Below, piece by piece: positions 58,888 through 64,000 of a DNA stretch of 64,000 nucleotides. Position 1 is the stretch's first letter, and each line of letters begins with the position of its first letter. The notes beneath the pieces are model-generated. The model ran no database searches and was not told where the DNA came from. It saw nothing but the letters and a program-made list of their open reading frames with translations. A program made the position numbers and the translations under genes. Source of the DNA: an uncultured Verrucomicrobiota bacterium (GTDB lineage Bacteria > Verrucomicrobiota > Verrucomicrobiia > Limisphaerales > CAIMTB01); NCBI GenBank assembly GCA_964476125.1, contig CAYZAE010000012.1, forward strand, positions 996 through 64,995. The letters are read 5' to 3'.

Positions 58888-59302
58888 ACCAGGATTGCTG
58901 GCCGGCGTTTTGGACGAGGGCGGTTTTGCCGTCCGGAGAGAAGCCGTGGAACAGGTGCTCAAACTGTTGCCGGATCACCTGACCTTCGAGGCCGAGCAAC
59001 CAGTTGCCAGGTGGGAAAATCCGGTAGGGTCGCCGCCGACGCCATCGGCACACCCTTCGAGCCAAAAATCGGGCCCACCTGGAAACGCCAGCGAACCTGA
59101 TCCGCCCCTTCTGTTACGACGGACACCATTGAGGTTTAGAGCGGGCTCGCGCCAACGATAAGAGCCGGACCACTGCGCTTCGATGCAGTCTCGACGTGGG
59201 CCTCCCACTCACCGGATACCTTTTAGCGCAGTCCCCTTTTCCAAGTAAGGTGCGATGCCGACGAACAATGTACCGGAAGGATTCCGGAATGGTGCTTGAG
59301 GT

Positions 59303-59319
59303 CCATTAAGACTTAATGG
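59303..59319. promoter_or_regulatory. Perfect palindrome CCATTAAG-A-CTTAATGG 19 nt upstream of the lipoprotein start codon (candidate operator or leader hairpin)
   Basis: Read directly. A second perfect palindrome ATTCCGGAAT lies at 59281..59290. Confidence 0.35.
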
Positions 59320-59337
59320 TAAGCATCAGTCCCTTCG

Positions 59338-61311
59338 ATGGACTATTCCCTACACCTCGGCTTCGGCAGGATCTCATTTGCCCTGGCTCTGCTTCTCATG
59401 GCGGGCTGCGCAAGAGTCACTGTCCGCAAGGTGCCGACGCCTACCCAATACACTGAGTGGAGCGATCGGATGCAGGCCAAGGCGGATCGAATGGACGGAA
59501 TCCGGTTTTATCTACCCCGTCCGTTCGTGAACGTGTTCGAGTCGTTTCCTGTCCGGACCGACGTCTACCTAGTAAACGGGGTTGTCACCCCGGATAATCA
59601 GGGCGTGATCATTCGGGATGTCCGCCCGGGCAGTCCGCTGGCCAATCTCTTTGCGAGCGGAACGAACCAGATCACCATTCCCCGGACCGTCATCGCGCCC
59701 GCGAGCGAGCAGTCGGTCCAGGCCACGATTGCGACTCAGTCCGCCATCCTTTCCGCGCTCGCCGAGCCGGTGAAGCCTGCCCTGGCCCCGACGAACAACG
59801 TAGTGACCAGCGGCGCCAATCCGACGCCCAAGACCGAGTCCACCTCGCAAGGCGCCGGAGACCCGGCCCCGGGAATACCCGCACGCACCGGGATCAACGA
59901 GCGAAACATTGCCAACGACAACGGCGCGTATGCCTACCAACCGATGCGGGGGAATCTGGACCTGGCCTACCTGCCGGATTTCGAGGAGCAGTACGCGGTC
60001 GACAGTCATTCCGGCCTTGGGAATGCCAAGTTCTCATTGAATCTGGGGCAGGGTTGGAGTCTGCAAAGCCTCAACTCGCTATCGGATAACAGCGAGATCA
60101 ACAAGCGGATCTTCGACATCATCGATTCTTCGGTCGAACTGGCCAAGGCCGCAGCCAAGGCTTCCATGGGAATCCCGCCCATCCCGGGGATTCCGACGGA
60201 TGCCGTCATTACCCCGCAAAGCAGCGCACTCAAGGACGAACCGGCTGGGACACCGGTCACGCTCAAGATCGTAGTGGTGCACTACGCAGCCAAGGGGCTC
60301 TACCCCATCATCAAGCCGCGGGAACTTCAGGAGCGTCAGACCGGCAGGGCCATCACCAACCGCTTTCTCTACCTGAATCTTCACAAGCTCCTCGACGCCC
60401 AACCTTCTCCGGTGAGCGCCTTCGATCCCCAGGCCATCGCGAGAGCCCAAAAGGCAGTCGACAACGAGACCGGCAACTTCACGGTACCGCGGTATCCCTA
60501 CCAATACCTCAGCTTCCAAACCTTCCGCTACCTAGCAATTCAGGTCGTCCGCCCCGGCGACAAACCGTTCGATGCGCTTTACGACAAGACCGGCACCCAG
60601 GGCAGTGCGGGAGAAGCACAGCGCGCCGACCTAGCTTCCTTTATTTACGATGGACTAACCCGGAACGCGGCGAAACATGACAAGGACGCTGCCAAGGGGG
60701 CTGGCAAGCTCAACGAAAACGAGCGGGGCTTATGGATGCAAGAGATCACCAAGACGAAGTACCTTCCCAAGGTTCCCGGGTGCGAGAATGGAAAAGGGTG
60801 TTACGCGGTCGACAAGGCCATCTATGACATCGACAGCCGCGTGCTGACGGCCACGTTGGCCCATACGGGGGTTCCGGTACTGATGGGAACGAACAGACTG
60901 GAGGAACTGGTTGATGATCTGGCAAGGGACGCGTATCGACGTGTCCGTGACTCTATGAGCAAGACCGCCCCATCGGAAACCCCTCTCGACAAGGTCGTGC
61001 TGCAGTTCAGCACCGACCTAGGCAAACTCCTGACGGCGGATACTGCTGGCGCGGTCAGCGCCCAACTTTCGCAACTCAGCTATTCGTCGGGTACAAATGC
61101 TGTGATCAAAGCGACGCTGGATAAGGTCGTCACGGAGGAACCTCTCAAGATCACGGTGAAGCTCGAGACCTCGGGGAGCGTTGAAAAAAAGTATACCCGG
61201 GCTGAACTCCAAGACGCCATCGGCAAAGACTTGGAGAAGGCCCTCCAAAAGCCAAGCAAAGTGGTCGTTGAGATCAGCAACGCGACCGATGCCCTTGGCT
61301 TTCTGAAGTAG
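59338..61311 (+). CDS. Large hypothetical lipoprotein (657 aa)
   Basis: Lipobox LLLMAGC after MDYSLHLGFGRISFALA. No domain recognised. Lower GC and different codon usage than the core genes (by eye). First gene of a tight three-gene unit. Confidence 0.6.
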   Translation: MDYSLHLGFGRISFALALLLMAGCARVTVRKVPTPTQYTEWSDRMQAKADRMDGIRFYLPRPFVNVFESFPVRTDVYLVNGVVTPDNQGVIIRDVRPGSPLANLFASGTNQITIPRTVIAPASEQSVQATIATQSAILSALAEPVKPALAPTNNVVTSGANPTPKTESTSQGAGDPAPGIPARTGINERNIANDNGAYAYQPMRGNLDLAYLPDFEEQYAVDSHSGLGNAKFSLNLGQGWSLQSLNSLSDNSEINKRIFDIIDSSVELAKAAAKASMGIPPIPGIPTDAVITPQSSALKDEPAGTPVTLKIVVVHYAAKGLYPIIKPRELQERQTGRAITNRFLYLNLHKLLDAQPSPVSAFDPQAIARAQKAVDNETGNFTVPRYPYQYLSFQTFRYLAIQVVRPGDKPFDALYDKTGTQGSAGEAQRADLASFIYDGLTRNAAKHDKDAAKGAGKLNENERGLWMQEITKTKYLPKVPGCENGKGCYAVDKAIYDIDSRVLTATLAHTGVPVLMGTNRLEELVDDLARDAYRRVRDSMSKTAPSETPLDKVVLQFSTDLGKLLTADTAGAVSAQLSQLSYSSGTNAVIKATLDKVVTEEPLKITVKLETSGSVEKKYTRAELQDAIGKDLEKALQKPSKVVVEISNATDALGFLK

Positions 61312-61313
61312 GA

Positions 61314-62042
61314 GTGCGGCTCCTGCCACCCTGGAACTGCATGGCCTCGCACGCAATCATCACCGCCCAGGGCAGGCGCGAGGCGACCGGAACCATGACG
61401 TGCGCGGTCCACCTGCGGGACGGCAATGGCAGTTTGATGGACGGGACGTACCTCATCAGCTGCCTCCACGTTCTGGCCCTGGCCCAGGAGTACTATCCCG
61501 ATTTTGCCCCGGGAGCGAGCGTCCTCACCCCGAACGATTCAAAAGTGGTTGCGCATGCAACCGAGCATCGCGGCTTTCTCATCGATCAGTATTTGCATAG
61601 TTTTGATGCCGCTATTGCACGGGTGGTCGACGACGAGGCGCTGAAGCAGTTGGTTCCACCCGCCCGGCCGAAGGACTTTATCTCCAGCCCCGCTCAGATT
61701 CCTTCCCTGTACATGATCCAGGTTCCGGATCGGGAGCCGATCGTCGCGTCCAGCCGGCGGATTCTTCGCAGCGATCAGCTGTCGATTCCGTATCGAAGGG
61801 GCACGTCGATGGAGCGTCTACGGGTCTGGCACCGGTGCATCGTGGAGTCCGCCTGTGCTGGCGAAAAATCGACGGTGGGCGGCGACAGCGGATCGCCGGT
61901 GGTGAGCCTGAACGGAGACACGCTGATCGGCATGCACATCGCCGGCGCCGGCAATCTCTCCTATCTGATCCCCGCCTTCGACTTGCTGGATCCGGCCAAC
62001 TATTACGGTCTGTCCAGTCGGGGCCGAATTCACCTGGCCTAA
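61314..62042 (+). CDS. Trypsin-like (S1/chymotrypsin-fold) serine peptidase without signal peptide
   Basis: Candidate triad: His in LISCLHVLA, Asp in HSFDAAIARV, Ser in GGDSGSPVVSLNGDTLIGMHIAG. Starts 2 nt after the upstream stop (alternative ATG at 61341). Confidence 0.75.
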   Translation: MRLLPPWNCMASHAIITAQGRREATGTMTCAVHLRDGNGSLMDGTYLISCLHVLALAQEYYPDFAPGASVLTPNDSKVVAHATEHRGFLIDQYLHSFDAAIARVVDDEALKQLVPPARPKDFISSPAQIPSLYMIQVPDREPIVASSRRILRSDQLSIPYRRGTSMERLRVWHRCIVESACAGEKSTVGGDSGSPVVSLNGDTLIGMHIAGAGNLSYLIPAFDLLDPANYYGLSSRGRIHLA

Positions 62043-62080
62043 AGGCTCTACGGCTAACCTGGATCCACATTCATCCAACC

Positions 62081-63556
62081 ATGTACGACACGACAATCCT
62101 GGAGGTCGCGATCGGCGTTGCCTTCATCTACCTGCTCCTGAGCCTGATGGTAACCGCCATTTTCGAGGTCATCGCCACCAAGGCCCGTTTTCGCCACAAG
62201 GAATTGTGGCGGGGTGTGCAGTGCCTGGTAGGAGGAGCCACGGGAGGCGGGTCGATGGCGGGAGATCTCATGAATCACCCGCTGATCCGGTCGATTTCGG
62301 CTCCGGACAATGTCGTTGACAAGGTATCAGGGGTCGAGATTCGGGCACCGTCGAATCTTTCCGCCAACCTGTTCTCGACCGCACTGCTGGACCAGATCGG
62401 CCTTTCTGGTTCTCAGGTGGGACTGCAGCGGGAGATCGCGAAGGTCGTCGCGGGCTACCCCGACGCGCAGGGGAGCCCGGAGGCGCTGGCGGTTCTTGTG
62501 AAGGAGCACCTGTCGCGCCGTGTCGCTGTCCTTCCGGGCTCGACGCTAGCGGCGGACCTGCACCCAGCGCTCGCGGCCGTATCGACCTCGACCTCGGTTG
62601 CGGGTTTGAAGTCTGAACTCCTTGACATCCTCGGACGATCGGAGATGGCAATCCTTGATGTCCGACTGAAGGGCGGGAGTGGTGGTCCGACCGAGGTGCA
62701 TCGGACCCTGCGGGCGCTGGCGAGCGACGGCGTTGGCAACTTTGATGAGTTCAAGGGGCGAGTTGAAGCATGGTACGATGAAGGGATGAGGCGCACTTCG
62801 GGTTGGTACGCACGCAAGGCTCAAACGTGGGTTCTCGTCCTCGCGACGTTGCTGACCTTGGGGATGAACATCGACTCGATCGCGATCGTGAAGAAACTCT
62901 CCAGTGACTCGACGCTTCGACGGGCGCTGGTCGCTCAGGCCGAGAGTTTCGTCGAAGAAAATCGGCCTCACCTTGAGCAACTCGCGCCGGCCGCGCCCGA
63001 CGGGACCACGGTGGCGGTCGGGGACGGTGCAACGATCCTCTTCCATCCCAATCCAGTTTCGGCAGGAATGGCTTCCATCGGGAGAATCAGCCGGAGGACT
63101 CCTGCAAGCGTCGATTTGAGCTACCAACTGCGAGTCCTGGGATCGAACGCGTCGGTGGTCCTCAACACCAACCGAGTCATGATGCCCAAGGGCAACCATG
63201 AGGCGGACTTCATCGTGATGGTGGACACCACCAATCGTTCCTATTCCGTGTCCATCGAGGTCACGGACTTTCCTGGGATTGCAGGCGTTTTGAGGGTGAA
63301 ACCCGACCCTGGCCAGGAGTTGGAGCGGCTGAACGGGCGGATTGTCTCGCTGGGTTTGCCGATCGGTTGGGAATCCAACTCACCAATCAACATTTGGACG
63401 GCGATTCCCGGGTGGCTCATGTCGATTGCAGCCATTTCCTTGGGGGCGCCCTTTTGGTTCGACCTCCTGACGAAGCTCATGAAGCTTCGGGCACCTTCGG
63501 GGGCGGCGGCAGCCCCTGTGGTTCCCGGACCCGCTCCGGCGGCGTCCCCGAAGTGA
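62081..63556 (+). CDS. Hypothetical 3-TM membrane protein with conserved-looking C-terminal SLGAPFWFDLLTKL motif
   Basis: Start MYDTTILEVAIGVAFIYLLLSLMVTAIFEVIA inside ORF 61835..63556. TM helices at the N-terminus, the middle (TWVLVLATLLTLGMNI) and the C-terminus (IPGWLMSIAAISLGAPFWF). Pro/Ala tail. Confidence 0.6.
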   Translation: MYDTTILEVAIGVAFIYLLLSLMVTAIFEVIATKARFRHKELWRGVQCLVGGATGGGSMAGDLMNHPLIRSISAPDNVVDKVSGVEIRAPSNLSANLFSTALLDQIGLSGSQVGLQREIAKVVAGYPDAQGSPEALAVLVKEHLSRRVAVLPGSTLAADLHPALAAVSTSTSVAGLKSELLDILGRSEMAILDVRLKGGSGGPTEVHRTLRALASDGVGNFDEFKGRVEAWYDEGMRRTSGWYARKAQTWVLVLATLLTLGMNIDSIAIVKKLSSDSTLRRALVAQAESFVEENRPHLEQLAPAAPDGTTVAVGDGATILFHPNPVSAGMASIGRISRRTPASVDLSYQLRVLGSNASVVLNTNRVMMPKGNHEADFIVMVDTTNRSYSVSIEVTDFPGIAGVLRVKPDPGQELERLNGRIVSLGLPIGWESNSPINIWTAIPGWLMSIAAISLGAPFWFDLLTKLMKLRAPSGAAAAPVVPGPAPAASPK

Positions 63557-64000
63557 CCGGCGCGGTCTGGTTTCGGCCTGCTGCGATTTAATAGGAAACC
63601 GGTGTTTGGGAAAATCGCACGCAATAAAGGGCTCTGACCTCAGACCGCATCCGCGTTAATGAAACCTCGTACCATTTGAATCAGATAGCATACGTTGCCT
63701 TCTTCGCCCTTGTGCCCGGGCGTTGGCCGGAGACCTTCCGAGAGAGTCCAATCCGACGTCTTCTTGTGGGCGCGACAAACCTGGTTTGGCAACCCACAGA
63801 TGATTCGTCCGGAGCGACGTGATGGAGGCCTTTGGGCGGGGGCACGACAGGACTTTTCATCAGAGCCTGTCCCCCAGTGCACCGGTCTGCGCCAGCTTTG
63901 GTCGGAGCTAGGGTGTGGCTTGGAGGTTGGAGCCGCAGTTTCTGGGGAAATGAGCAAATCGTGGGGTTATGGTGCCTTCGGTAAGCGTTTCGGCGCTCGT

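Noticed and set aside
58733-59065. 110-aa minus-strand ORF; part of it (RIFPPGNWLLGLEGQVIRQQFEHLFHGFSPDGKTALVQNAGQQSW) looks protein-like
   Set aside because: It could be a fragment of a real gene cut off by the GACCCTATTGGAAC motif at 58874, but I cannot assign a family. The rest of the ORF is repeat-derived. It is not reported as a feature.
63640-63957. 105-aa minus-strand ORF at the window end
   Set aside because: Arg/Pro/Ser-rich with no start context, signal or domain. The region 63560..64000 shows no convincing coding frame on either strand.

Overview
GC-rich bacterial chromosome segment. Gene content (CotH and lamin-tail-domain giants, TSP3-like Ca-binding repeats, a collagen-like protein with an S74 chaperone domain, alpha-2-macroglobulin, hopanoid radical-SAM genes) suggests Verrucomicrobiota or Planctomycetota, but this is inference only. 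The first 14.6 kb is housekeeping: nusA(partial)-infB-rbfA-nrnA-truB-ribF, hpnH-hpnJ, glgC and glmS. It also holds a thioredoxin-fold gene interrupted by one in-frame TGA exactly at the first Cys of its CxxC motif, which makes it a candidate selenoprotein. A tRNA-Lys(CUU) at about 14.76 kb is followed by a tightly coupled three-gene module of lower GC: ABC/AAA_21-type ATPase, PIN-like protein and ATP-dependent RNA ligase. I consider this the best candidate for an undescribed RNA-targeting defence or repair system. The middle of the window carries envelope and secreted-protein genes (collagen-like protein, two CotH proteins, a 2073-aa thioester alpha-2-macroglobulin, a 1693-aa LTD-CotH giant) and regulators (hypA, a sigma54 activator, LysR). 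From about 43.6 kb the window becomes accessory. There is a frameshifted, truncated sugar phosphorylase gene. A lower-GC block carries HupE/UreJ, a PPIase and two DUF3604 genes, and is followed by a VapBC-like remnant. An uncharacterised three-gene envelope operon comes next. At 54.1-59.1 kb lies a cassette-array-like stretch of same-strand genes and toxin-antitoxin remnants separated by several families of dispersed repeats. A final uncharacterised module encodes a lipoprotein, a cytoplasmic trypsin-like protease and a 3-TM membrane protein. Many long ORFs in the track are antisense artefacts of high GC and were rejected. Coordinates read by eye from the sequence (RNAs, repeats) may be off by 1-2 nt. 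CDS coordinates are derived from the ORF track in multiples of three.
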